Origin: the human T2T-CHM13v2.0 reference genome, Homo sapiens
DNA: 64,000 bases
Direction: 5' to 3' (one strand)
NCBI RefSeq assembly: GCF_009914755.1
Contig: NC_060928.1
Positions 1 to 10,864 of this stretch are shown in pieces (position 1 is the stretch's first letter; each line of letters starts with the position of its first letter). Made by a program: the position numbers and the translations under genes. Below the pieces are notes generated by a model. The model did no database searches, had not been told where the DNA came from, and saw nothing but the letters and a program-made list of their open reading frames with translations.

Positions 1-299
1 CAGTGGCAATTTTCAAAAATGTTTTCAAGCAAGAAAAGCCTCTTTAATAAAGAAAATAATGTGTTTACACTTACCTGTAACCATTCTATCTATTCTGTCT
101 CCACTTCTTTAACTATAAAAATAAATGTCATCATAAGCTACTCTTGACCCAAGGCACTCATGGCTTTCAATGCTAATGGTTCTGACTATTCTCAGGTGAC
201 CAGAAAATACATAACACGTGTCATTTCTAATTCTGTGTTAGCAGTGACTGAATCGCCATTACCAGGCAGTGGACAAAGTGTTAACCACACACTCCCCAT

Positions 300-435
300 T
301 TCCCATTTGATTATCCTTCGGTCCTCACAAGTTGACAGTGGATACAATTACTCCCCTTTTATGTATAGAGAAAGTTAGCCTGTGAAGTTATAACATATAC
401 CAGTGGAATTACAGAAAGCTGAAGTTCAAGGTCTC
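300..435 (-). mobile_element. MIR SINE fragment
   Basis: Degenerate match to the reverse MIR core (atcc..cctcacaa...ccccttttatgtatagagaaag). Boundaries approximate. Confidence 0.5.
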
Positions 436-3400
436 ACCATATCCCTCTTGTATATCAAGAGACTGCTACATCAGAAAGTTGCTGGAAAAAAATTGACAAA
501 ATGATTTTTAGTAATTATCAAAATTCTATATCATGAATCACCACCATTCTTCATAGTTCTAGAAGTATTCAAAATGGTAATTTAACCATATTTGCTAAAA
601 GGAGAGTGAGTATCTGCAAAAATGCTGTTTTCCAATGAGGTCACCCTAAATGGATTCTTTATTTGGTGTCATAATTAGTTTCAAATTTACACATAGCTGA
701 CACAAAAAAAGATAAGGAAAAGCATGAGAGGCCAATTACAAAAGTTATAAATGAATGGTCTATCAAAATTATATTTCATCTCGCTAAAATTACAAATAAA
801 ACAAAGAGACAAATAGATTTTAAAAGGCATATTTTTAAACAAATCTTAGAGTAAACCTCATTAATTAGATTCTAGATGTTAATTTTTTCCTATTTTAACT
901 GGATGTCTTAAGATAAACTGTCCATTTAAAATAAGGGTTCTATCCCACACTTCTCAGAAAAACTATTATCTTCAAAATGTTGATTATTCTAATTGATGGC
1001 ATTTTAGAATCACTGGAATTCCCCTGAATCCCAGTCTCAATTGTTGCATTAATCATTAAATTTACTGAATGTTTTTACAACAATGCACTTGTGTTATATT
1101 CACTTTATAATAGTCCCAAAAGGAAATGTTAATAAATAGACCAACCTAACTCGTAACGAACAGGATGAATTTGCATACTGTTCACTAAGTATTGAAAAGA
1201 ATTTGTTCTCTTGGTATATTAACAATGCTGGAACTATGTTGTTTATACTTTTTGGTTATCGGACCCCTTTCTTCACATCCAATGCTGATGTAAACTTCAG
1301 CCAACAAACACTGGTGTTTTTTCACAATAAATTTAAATTCATGATATTGAATTAATAAAGTTTCACTATACTCAAATTGAAAACCAGATACATGAAACTC
1401 AACTGATGGTAACAAAATGTCAGTAAAATAAATTCACAAGCTCTTCCTGGAACACCACAAATAAATGACATTATTTACTACTCTGTTGCATCAAGGTCTA
1501 AACACGACAGTTACTACGAATGTGACATATTTGTTTTCTTTTTAAGTAGTATTATCAGTCTCACCCAGCTAGAAATACTAGTGGCTGGAATCCTTATTTA
1601 CTTAATAATACTTAACTAGCATCTTCTTGCTTCTATGATCTTAGCATCTTTCAGAATTCTCCTATGTGTACTCTGTCTACATGAAGTACGTAAGCTGGCA
1701 ATACACCTGAAAAACAGCTCATTCTCTATGGCCAAAAGCAACCTTACACAAAGCACAACAACGCATTATCTATAGTTTCTGAGAGATTCCACAAAACTCT
1801 TCTCAGAAATTTATCCCTCAACAGCCTCCCATAGTTTCTAAAATTTCTACCATTACCATCGGTTTGAGTTAAGGTAGAAGTCCCATCACAAAATACTTGG
1901 AGATGGGAACAGAGGGAAGGTAGGTTAAGAGATTTAACAAAGCCAAATACTCATTATCACATAGGGTTTAATTTCCTCTAAGTATTTTTAACTATCACAT
2001 AGCAAAGTTCCATGACCAATAGGGAATGCTAGGGCCAGACAAAGCATTCTAGGCAGGAACAGAGAGAAATGAAGAAAAGCCAAAGTTTGAGACAAGGCCT
2101 GTAGAGTATCACTAAGAGAAAAATCAGGACGGGGGTCAAGGGGAGGAAGACAGTTATTCTTCTATTTATTGCCCTCGGTTTGCTGTATGTATCTTTAAAA
2201 ATATAATGTAAAGCAATAAACGGACCATATTATTTTGATTTCCAGCAAAGGTCATTACCAAGATGTTTTCTCTGAATTTTTCTACTTTCCATTGTTTTAA
2301 TCCAAGAAGAGTCAAAATGATACAGCACTAGTTTTGCTAACTGAAGTAACTTTCTCTCCTGGGATAATCTAAACAAATACTTTTCATCTCCACTGCCATC
2401 ATTCTCTTTCATTTTTAAGGTTTAGAAAACCGATCAGGGTCTCTGAATACATGCTAGCAGATTCTATAAACCTCAAAAATAACATAGTTGAGACAGACTC
2501 AACCTACGTCTCTAAAGCTGCATTCTAAAAGTACAATTAAGAAAACAGTCACATCATATTACTACAAACCACAAGCACATCTTTATTTGTAAATAGCAAT
2601 TTCTTATACAACAAAAGCCAGATGACACTAATAAATATAACTGTAAGCAAATGCCATGGCATGCCATGGTAATAACAATCTGAATATTTATTTTTGTATG
2701 TATATATAGTAAATAATACTACACATACTTCGTAAAAAAGAGAAAACTTATGGAGCACAAATACTTCCTCAAAGATAATTTCTTTTCTGTATTAAAGAAT
2801 GAGTTAAATAGCCATTGAGATGAAGTTCTAACAAAATTTCAAGTAAATAATGGTTTCTAAACTCCATATTATCTAATTTTTGCAAATTAAATCACTTGTT
2901 AATATGTTTCACATCCAGCATACGCGTACTTTCCATTCATTCAGTACGTGTATACATACTCAAGGGGAAATATTATTTCACAGAAAGCTAATAATCAAAA
3001 TAGATTATCTCAAATAACTAATAATAAAAATCTTATGTATGACAAAAGGTTGAATCCAACCTTGTATAATGCCTTTCATGCCAATAATATTCTACAAGAA
3101 AACAGGATAAACAATAACAGTGTATCCACCTTAAAATCAGGATTCATCAACAAAACTTCTATAAACAAAATTTCACATTTCACATCTCACATCAGGATCT
3201 CTATCAAAACAAATGCAAAATTAACTTTTCCTATTTTGAGTCTACTATCCACATAGTATGTGAATAAAATTTTTTAAATTATGGGTGAGTGTGTGTACCT
3301 AAAATGAAAAGTCATTTATAATGGTACAGTATTGAAAAAAAGCAAGGCAAAGTAGCCTTGGAATGGTTGAGTGGGCTCTTCCATTTTAAGCAGTAGAGAA

Positions 3401-4875
3401 ACTAAGCCAGAAAGTATAAACATTTATTTTTACATGTTCACCTGATGACTTTACACCTACATTAAGAATCCACATCCTATGATTTAAAACAGGGAATGTG
3501 ACCTTATGTGTGCACAAGTGTTTTTTTAATTGCCAACACGTTCACTAGTATCATTTGAATTATAAGCTTTACATTGTTTTGATCTTAACCTAGATTGGAG
3601 CTACATCTAAACTTCACACATTAAGGAGATAATTGTCATTCTCTGATATTTCTGCAAAGGGTCTCAATTTTTGAAAATGTCAACAGAAGCCTTTCATGCA
3701 AAACACAGCTCTCTCAAATAAATGTGAATGGACTGTTTCCATGAAAATCCATGCCTGCAGGAAAAATAAAATAGCTGTGCATCTCTCTGCAGCCCTATTT
3801 CGAATCATTTTTGCAGAGCTATTTCCTCATTATTTTCATGGGTATATGAATCCTGCACCGAAGCTGAAGCAGGAATGATTCCAGTAAAACCAAAACAAAA
3901 GAAGATATTTTGTTCTTTCTGAAAAAAGGGAACGTAATTTCCCCCATCACCACCACCACTCACACAGAAAAATTACTTTAAAAACTGAGTAAACCTCTAA
4001 GGAGAAAGAATCATTTCTGAAACCCCAGAGGGACTTGTGTATCATGGTCTTTGGGCTGCTGGGTTACTTCACTTTTAAGTGCTCATGGTGCAAACGACTT
4101 GATTGCCTTGCACTCTAGTTGCATGCTCTGGCCACATTAGATACCATCTCTGTTCTACACACAACACACACACATTACACCAGCCAGTGCTGTTTCCAAT
4201 TTCAGAGGCCCGCTCCCCGCACAGCTCATGCCCATCTCTGCTTTGCTTGGTGTCCTGACCCCCAGGAATGTGAGATACTACTTAATCCAAGTGGTTCTGC
4301 TCTGTTGCCTCAGCCTTCCAGGATTCATAGGATGGTTCCTCCCCCACTACACCTAGGAATACAAGGAGGCCGATAGATTCCCGTGCGACAGAGTGATCAA
4401 CCACAGCCTGTCCCCTTCCTCACTCCGCACATCCCAGTTTCTCTTTGCCAGCAACCTCAGTGCATCCTTGCCAGGAGTTTATCATCCCGTAGGCGGCGAA
4501 GAGGAGGCAATAATAGGAATCCAACAGCCCGTTACAAAAAGGATGCCAGGGCACGGAGGAAGCAGGCGGAATGAGGTTATCACTTGGGAGGTGTGCACGA
4601 GTGGAGAACCCTTTAAGAGCAATGACAGGTCGGCGGGGGACAGCCGGGGATGGCAAGAGAGGCTGGAGAAGTGGTTTTCGTGTCTCTCCCCGGGGCGTGC
4701 GGGGGAAATCCCGGGGCGGCAACGGCTGGTGCTCTCAGGTCGTTCCCCGCCTCCCGCGCCCCCCGCGGCCACCCTCCAGCCAGCGACCGCCCCCGCCCCC
4801 GCCCCGCGCGGAAGGAAGCGCCGGGCTCCCCCCACGCTCTCCCGCTCTCTCGCGAGTCCTGTGCAGGCCCTTCCA

Positions 4876-4899
4876 GGGGGAGGGGGAGGGGGAGGGGGG
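4876..4899 (+). other. G-quadruplex motif (G5A)3G6
   Basis: GGGGGAGGGGGAGGGGGAGGGGGG: four G runs of at least 5 with 1-nt loops. Confidence 0.75.
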
Positions 4900-5429
4900 C
4901 GCGGAGGGAATTGCTGCAATGGAGCTCCAAGACAACCCTGCCCAAGTGAGGCAGTCGGTGGAAAGCCACGGCCACATAAAAATGCCGTATTAATTTTTAA
5001 AAAGCCATCAATCACCCCTCCCTCTGCAGAAGAAAACCATAAACCCGATCCCATGCAAGCCTGTGAGCAGAGCCACCCACTTCCTATTTCTGTCACAGCA
5101 GCTACACCCTACCAGCAACCACCCCCCGGGCGCCCCCTCCCACCACCGCCACCCCCGCCGCCACCTCCCCGCGGCTCAGCCATTTGCCAACTGACGCCCC
5201 CGTCAATAAAAATGCCCCAAGTGAGGCTGGGTGGGACGCGTGGGGGAAGGGCGCCGCGGGGGCGGGGGGTTCGCGGGGTTCGCGGGTTGCACAATATCCT
5301 AGAAGGTCCGCGGCTGGAGCGGACAGAGGAGAACCTGGGGCGGGGGAGGGGAGGAAAGGCGAGGCGAGGCAAGCTGCCCTGGCGCCTGCGGCACACGGTG
5401 CACCCAGGCCACCGCGGCGCTCCGCTTAC

Positions 5430-5487
5430 CTTTCACCACCCTGTCGGTCGTCGACAACTTGGGATCAATTGCCTTGGGCTCGGACAT
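5430..5487 (-). CDS. PPP3CA: Calcineurin catalytic subunit A alpha (PP2B), coding part of exon 1 (58 nt)
   Basis: ATG at 5487-5485 gives MSEPKAIDPKLSTTDRVVK + 1 nt, the recognised N-terminus of calcineurin A alpha, followed by an AAG|GTAAGC donor. Kozak context GAGATG (purine at -3). Confidence 0.97.
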
Positions 5488-5568
5488 CTCCAGCTGCCGG
5501 AGGACAGCGACGCGCTGCTCGTCCGTCCGACTGCACACCCCGACCGGACCGGCGGGCCAGACACTCAA

Positions 5569-5595
5569 CGCCGCCGCCGCCGCCGCCGCCGCCGC
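5569..5595. repeat. (CGC)9 / (GCG)9 trinucleotide repeat in the 5'UTR
   Basis: Nine uninterrupted CGC units counted. Confidence 0.95.
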
Positions 5596-6007
5596 GCTGC
5601 AAACCGCTCGGCTGGAGGTCTAGGCTCTGAGCTGGCTTTAAAGTTGCTGCCTTTTCCGCGCGTCCCTCCTCCGCCGCCGCCGCCTTCACTCCTCCTCCGC
5701 CGCTGCCGCCAGCCCCGCCGACTCGCTCCGGGCTGCGCGTGTGTGGTGGTTATTTATTTATTTTCTGAGCACGCCTCCCGGTTCTTCTTTTATTCTTGGG
5801 GGAAGGGGGATGGGGAGGAGAAGCGCACACACGAGCACCCACCCCGGCACGGAGACCCAGCACCGCGGAATGGAGCCCCACGCGCGCACACACGGCCAGG
5901 ATTAAGACCGATCACATGGGGAAGGCCGGGGGCGAGGGAGGAGAGGCAGGGCCGCCGATGTCAGTGCCACCAGCCGCACCTTGGCGTCCCCGGCGGCGGA
6001 GAGGCGG

Positions 6008-6060
6008 CCGCCGCTGCTGCCGCTGCTGCTGCCGCTGCCGCTGTTGCTGCTGCCGCTGCC
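6008..6060. repeat. Mixed (GCC/GCT)n trinucleotide repeat
   Basis: ccgccgctgctgccgctgctgctgccgctgccgctgttgctgctgccgctgcc; reads CAG/CGG on the PPP3CA strand. Confidence 0.9.
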
Positions 6061-6330
6061 CCTGCTTCTCCACACAGAGCGCCGCCGCTGGTGCCGCGGC
6101 CGCCGGAGACGTCCCGCCGCCGCGATCGCCCGCGCTCGCCTCTGCCTCCCCGCGCCGCTCCTCCACTCACCAAGGCACAGCCGCCGAGCTCGGCAGACAC
6201 AGTCCCGGGCACAACCTACCCCCCTCCGCCGCCGCCGCCGCCGCCAACACCGCGCCCGCCTCCGCCTCCTCCCCTTCCTCCTCCCGGCCCCCGCCTCTTG
6301 CGCGCCTGCAGCCTCCTCCTCCCCACTGAG

Positions 6331-6382
6331 CCCGCCCCCGACCTCCCGCCCCGACGCCGGAGTTCCTCGCGTTCATTGGCTA
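6331..6382 (-). promoter_or_regulatory. Two GC boxes (Sp/KLF) plus an NF-Y CCAAT box
   Basis: CCCGCCCC at 6331 and 6345; ATTGG at 6375-6379 reads TAGCCAATGA on the minus strand. Typical TATA-less CpG core promoter layout. Confidence 0.7.
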
Positions 6383-6469
6383 GAGGGCGCATCACTCAGT
6401 GCCAGGTGGCGGCCTCCCCGCTTGTCCCGCCTCCCGCTCCTCCTCATTGTCCCCGCCCCTTGCTCTGTT

Positions 6470-7575
6470 TTCTTCCAGCTGCCGGACCAGCGGGCCTGCC
6501 GCCTCTACGGACCAGTCCCTGCTCAGGTGTCACTTTTGCTGGCAGGCCGAGATTAGGGCAGGAGAGTGGGCAAGGCGTCGCGGCCAGGAGGAGAAGGGCT
6601 CTACCACGCCACCCTCCTTTGGCCTCCGAACGCGGACCCCGCACACACACACCCGCGCCTCTTTGGCAAGCGTGCCTTGTCGGCTGGGTTAAGCCGCAGT
6701 GTGAGTAGCCAAGTGCAGAGGGTGTCTCCGGGTGTGTGCGTGGCCCACAAGAGGGCAAGAAGAGAGAAGGCGGGGATAGGAGGGAAGAGGGTGGGGGTGA
6801 GAGGCAGCCCTGAGAGGGCGGAGGAAGGAAGAGGCTGGGAGCTCGGCGCCCGCGGCGCAGCTGCCGTCGCTGCCGCAGCTGTCCAGGGAGGATCGCCAAA
6901 ACGGCGACGAATAAACAACTTACCTTGCGGAGAAGAGCTACGACTGCGATGCGGTGTACGGTTGTTTTTGCTTTTGCGTTGGCGGCTTAGGGGCTGTTAC
7001 TGTGTCCCACCCAGGCGTGCACACCGAGCGGCGGGGCGCTGTGGAACGCGGGAGCGGACTAGCGGAGGAGGATGCGGACCAAGCCCCAGCGACCCAGGGC
7101 AACTCGGAGCTACCTCGGGCAGCCCTGCGGGTCTCCGAGGAGAACCGAGGAGACGGGAGAAACATGGGAGAGGGTGGCCTTTTCCCTGTTCACACACACA
7201 TGCACGCAGCCACTGGCCGGGACAGTTGACACCCATCTTCCTTCCCTGCTCCTTCCAGTCATTCTACACCCGCTTGGTGCTGCCAGTGCGGGCAGGGCCT
7301 TGGAGCCCAAAGCGGATCCCCACACTTGTCCCTACGGTCGGAAGGAAAGTAGAGGAGAGAAAGTCAGGCGCGGCAGGGCTAAGAGCAATAGTGGCCCAAA
7401 TGTTCCTGGCCCGCCTGCTGCGCCACAGAGTCTGAAAAGCGGGTCTCCGTCTACCAGAAGGTGACCTCCACACAGCCCCTCTCCCCGACCAACTGCAGCA
7501 CCCAAGGACTGGCAACGTGGTTGGAGCTTTTGGGGGGAATTATGAAGAAATCTGAATAAATTTCTCACCCTTCAT
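6470..7575 (+). ncRNA. FLJ20021: Divergent two-exon lncRNA, head-to-head with PPP3CA (probably FLJ20021)
   Basis: Donor AGT|GTGAGT at 6700/6701; branch-like TTGAC 7226-7230; pyrimidine tract and CAG acceptor ending 7258; AATAAA 7555-7560 with a T-rich downstream region. Name is recalled from the known locus; ends approximate. Confidence 0.6.
6924..6990 (-). other. Candidate upstream non-coding alternative first exon of PPP3CA
   Basis: Perfect AAG|GTAAGT donor on the minus strand (plus ACTTACCTT 6918-6926) inside the CpG island. 5' end unknown. Confidence 0.5.
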
Positions 7576-7629
7576 GTTTCCTGTTTTATTTCCAAAGTCC
7601 TTCAGTATCAGGTTTTTCCTATTTCCTCA

Positions 7630-7640
7630 ATTGGACCACG
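7630..7640 (+). promoter_or_regulatory. ERSE-II motif ATTGG-N-CCACG
   Basis: Exact ATTGGACCACG. Function untested. Confidence 0.4.
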
Positions 7641-7660
7641 GGTCCAATAAAAGGTTTAAA

Positions 7661-7662
<2 letters not shown>

Positions 7663-7699
<37 letters not shown>
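7663..7699. repeat. (AC)~18 microsatellite
   Basis: Direct read. Confidence 0.95.
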
Positions 7700-7701
<2 letters not shown>

Positions 7702-8847
7702 GAAAACAAAAACAAAAAAAAAAGTTTAGGGAGCTGGGAGATGAAGCCAAAAGAAATGTTTTGGAGACAAGGATTAGATTAAAGCTCAAACTTGAAAATC
7801 AATTTTGAGTAAGAGACTGATTGTGCTGCAGCGTGACTTTGATGTGGACTGCACGGAATAGAAACACACACTAGATACCTCTGTGGAGGCCTAGCAAAAG
7901 GAGCAGACGCAGGGTGTGTCCCACCAAGATAGGGAGGCTGCCACTGGCACTGAGATTCTGCTGCCCAATTTCCAACCCCAGGATACTGGGTGGCAATTAG
8001 ACAATTCATTCAATAAAGATATTTTCTGTACTCCTTTTATTTATATGCCAGACTTTGTGGTGGGTAATTAGGTGGGGAGGGAGTGTATTTGAAAATTGTC
8101 CTTGCCCTCAATAAAGCCTAAAATTTTCAGAGAACATAAAATTATGAGCTCTGAGAGGTCACTGTAATCTCAGGAAGGGGTTGTTGGAAACAGCCTCCTG
8201 AGCACGGGCAGAGCTAGTTGCTAAGGCAGATTTGGGAAGTTGGTCCCTGGCCAGATGGCACACAGGGAGCGATGCCAAGACCTGTGGGTGAAGAGGGCCT
8301 GCTTCAGAAAGACCAGGAAACCATGTCCAGGGATGCTCATTTCCAAGGCCAAGACATTCTCTCCTACATATTAGAAAAAAATGAAGTTCCCACCTTTATT
8401 TGGAATAACTTTTTACTAGGTATAGGATAAACATCTTTGAACCAAGATCAGAAGGCTTAAAATGTCAGCACCATATAAAATTACATGATACAGATAGGAA
8501 ATAAAGGCACACCTTTCAGGCACACCCTTTAGTCCGCTACAAGTCTAGGACACCTCCTAGCTAAGGTATGTATGGGAAGAAAAAGTTATGACTCACAATC
8601 ACTTCCCAACACATTATCAACATGAACTTTTAATGCCTGTGTATGATTCCATAACTGCTGCAACACTGACACCTCTTAAACAAAATTGGATCCTGCTCTA
8701 AGGAAACAGGACGGCAGCATATTAACTAGGGACTACTTGTGTTCATACACCTGACCTCCTGAAGTAGACAGACAGATCATCTTTTTTATTCGGTTACTGT
8801 TTCAGATGTCCTACCCTCTCCTACTGCCATTCTTTTTCTGTCCTGTC

Positions 8848-9184
8848 CAGAGATCCCCAACCTTTTTGGCACCAGGGACTGGTTTCGCGGAAGACAATTT
8901 TCCCATGGATGGTGGTTGGGGGTGGTTTCAGGATAAAACTGTTCCACCTCAGATCGTCAAGCATTAGATTCTCATAAGGAGCGGGCAAGCTAGATCCCTT
9001 GCATGCACGGTTCACAGTAAGGTTTGCACTCCTATGGGAATCTAATGCCACTGCTGATCTGACAGGAGGTAGAGCTCAGGCAGTAATGTTTGCTCACTCT
9101 GCTGCAGATCTCCTGCTGTACAGTCCAGTTCCTAATAGGCCACAGACTGGTACTGTTCTGTGGCCCAGGGGTTGGGAACCTCCG
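8848..9184 (-). mobile_element. MER1B (hAT-Charlie MITE)
   Basis: Terminal inverted repeats cagagatccccaacc / ggttgggaacctccg; internal inverted repeat GCATTAGATTC (8961) / GAATCTAATGC (9038). Confidence 0.85.
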
Positions 9185-9369
9185 TGTTAGACTGCCCTAG
9201 CAGTCCATAATTATATTACTGCTTGCATGAGAATACTTTATATTTGGAATTTACATTTTGAAGGGGTTACTTCAGTTCCCAGATGCTGACTTTGGCAATG
9301 TCCTGCTTATCAAGAAATAGGAGGGGGGAAAAGCTTGAAAAAAGACAACTTTTTGTCTACCAAAAAAAT

Positions 9370-9775
9370 GTGTTTTCCCTCCCTTAGTATAATTCACTCT
9401 GGGAAGTGTCTGCCCAGAGAGGGATTCCCATTTCTAGCCTGACCCTTCTTTCCTCGAAGAAGGTCCATGTGACCAGTTCTGATCAATGGACTGTGGACTA
9501 AGATGGTTGGTCACTCTCAGGACAAGGCAGTTAAGCAGTAGATATACATTTTCTAGTCTATGGGCTCCCATCCTTAGCGGAATGCAGAGACTTCTAAGAC
9601 CCAGGGCAGGCAGAACCCCAGAGACAAAGACGAGAGTCCCTTAATTACCACATAGAGGAATACTACCCAGTTACTAAGAAAATAGGCATTAGGCTTTACT
9701 CATTTATTGTGTTACTCCATTACAATGTGGAGATATGTTTGTTAGACTAGTTAATATTACCAAATTAATATACGA
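9370..9775 (+). mobile_element. MLT1-type MaLR LTR (degenerate)
   Basis: catgtgaccagttctgatcaatgga and gagtcccttaattaccaca motifs typical of MLT1. Confidence 0.5.
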
Positions 9776-10431
9776 AAGTAATATGTTAGTTCCAAAAGTA
9801 CATTCCTTAGCAAAACCTAGAATTATTGTTTTACTGTAATATAAGAGAACTACCAGAAGACTAAAAATACTCTTACTTCTTTTAATACATGAGCATCAAA
9901 TCTTAATTCTCTGTTAATGAATATTCTTTGACCACACCTGTTCTGTGCCCTATGCTACATGATGCATAAAATGTAGGGAGTAAAGAAGGATTCAGAGATT
10001 TTGTTCCTTCATTCAAGGATTTAAAAGTCTTGTTATATGATCATTAGATATATATTATATTTGCAAACATTTATGTATAAGGTGCTACTTCCTCTTTCTA
10101 TTGGAGAAGAAAAACTATTAGATTTATCAAAAGTAATTATGAAGATAAATATGTGGGCAAAAAAAGAAAATATTGTGGATTTGGAGTCATCTGTGCATTT
10201 AAGTGCTCCACAGAGCAAGCTTCCATTGGTGCAAATCACAGTAAATTAAGTACATTTTAGTATACTATTAAGTGCTTTATCAGATGTTTTAGTTTTAAAA
10301 ATAAAATAAAATATTGTATGTTATATTCTGTTTTGAAAATAACAGGCTTTCAAAATTTTGAACTTGTATTTGGTTCTTGGATGAATTTATTATCATTTGG
10401 ACATTACGGTTGAGTAGTAACTTCTGATTAT

Positions 10432-10864
<433 letters not shown>

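Larger units (their letters stand above)
1..5429 (-). other. PPP3CA: PPP3CA intron 1 (5' part; continues past the window start)
   Basis: Begins with GTAAGC on the minus strand (plus GCTTAC 5424-5429) directly after coding exon 1. The exon 2 peptide (AVPFPPSHRL...) is not seen in the window. Confidence 0.93.
5488..6220 (-). other. PPP3CA: PPP3CA exon 1 5'UTR (TSS position approximate)
   Basis: GC-rich leader between the ATG and the GC-box/CCAAT cluster at 6331-6382. The exact TSS cannot be read from sequence. Confidence 0.65.
4600..7450. promoter_or_regulatory. CpG island / bidirectional promoter of PPP3CA
   Basis: Abrupt switch from AT-rich, CpG-poor DNA to very GC- and CpG-rich sequence spanning exon 1. 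Boundaries approximate. Confidence 0.93.

Noticed and set aside
5299-5429. Continuation of the exon 1 ORF (GKRSAAVAW...)
   Set aside because: This is read-through past the canonical splice donor into intron 1.
5912-6166. PolyQ-like ORF (QQQQRQRQQQ)
   Set aside because: A GTG-started translation of the UTR CAG/CGG repeat, with no evidence of coding.
4393-6708. 771 aa plus-strand ORF antisense to PPP3CA exon 1
   Set aside because: Starts at GTG, is Pro/Arg/Gly/Ala low-complexity with homopolymer runs from triplet repeats, and has no recognisable domain. Stop codons are scarce in a GC-rich island. PhyloCSF or Ribo-seq would be needed to revive it.
6566-7435. 289 aa ORF over the lncRNA
   Set aside because: Non-ATG start, runs through the predicted intron, and its composition simply reflects GC content.
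8961-9048. Hairpin resembling a pre-miRNA
   Set aside because: The internal inverted repeat is intrinsic to MER1B.
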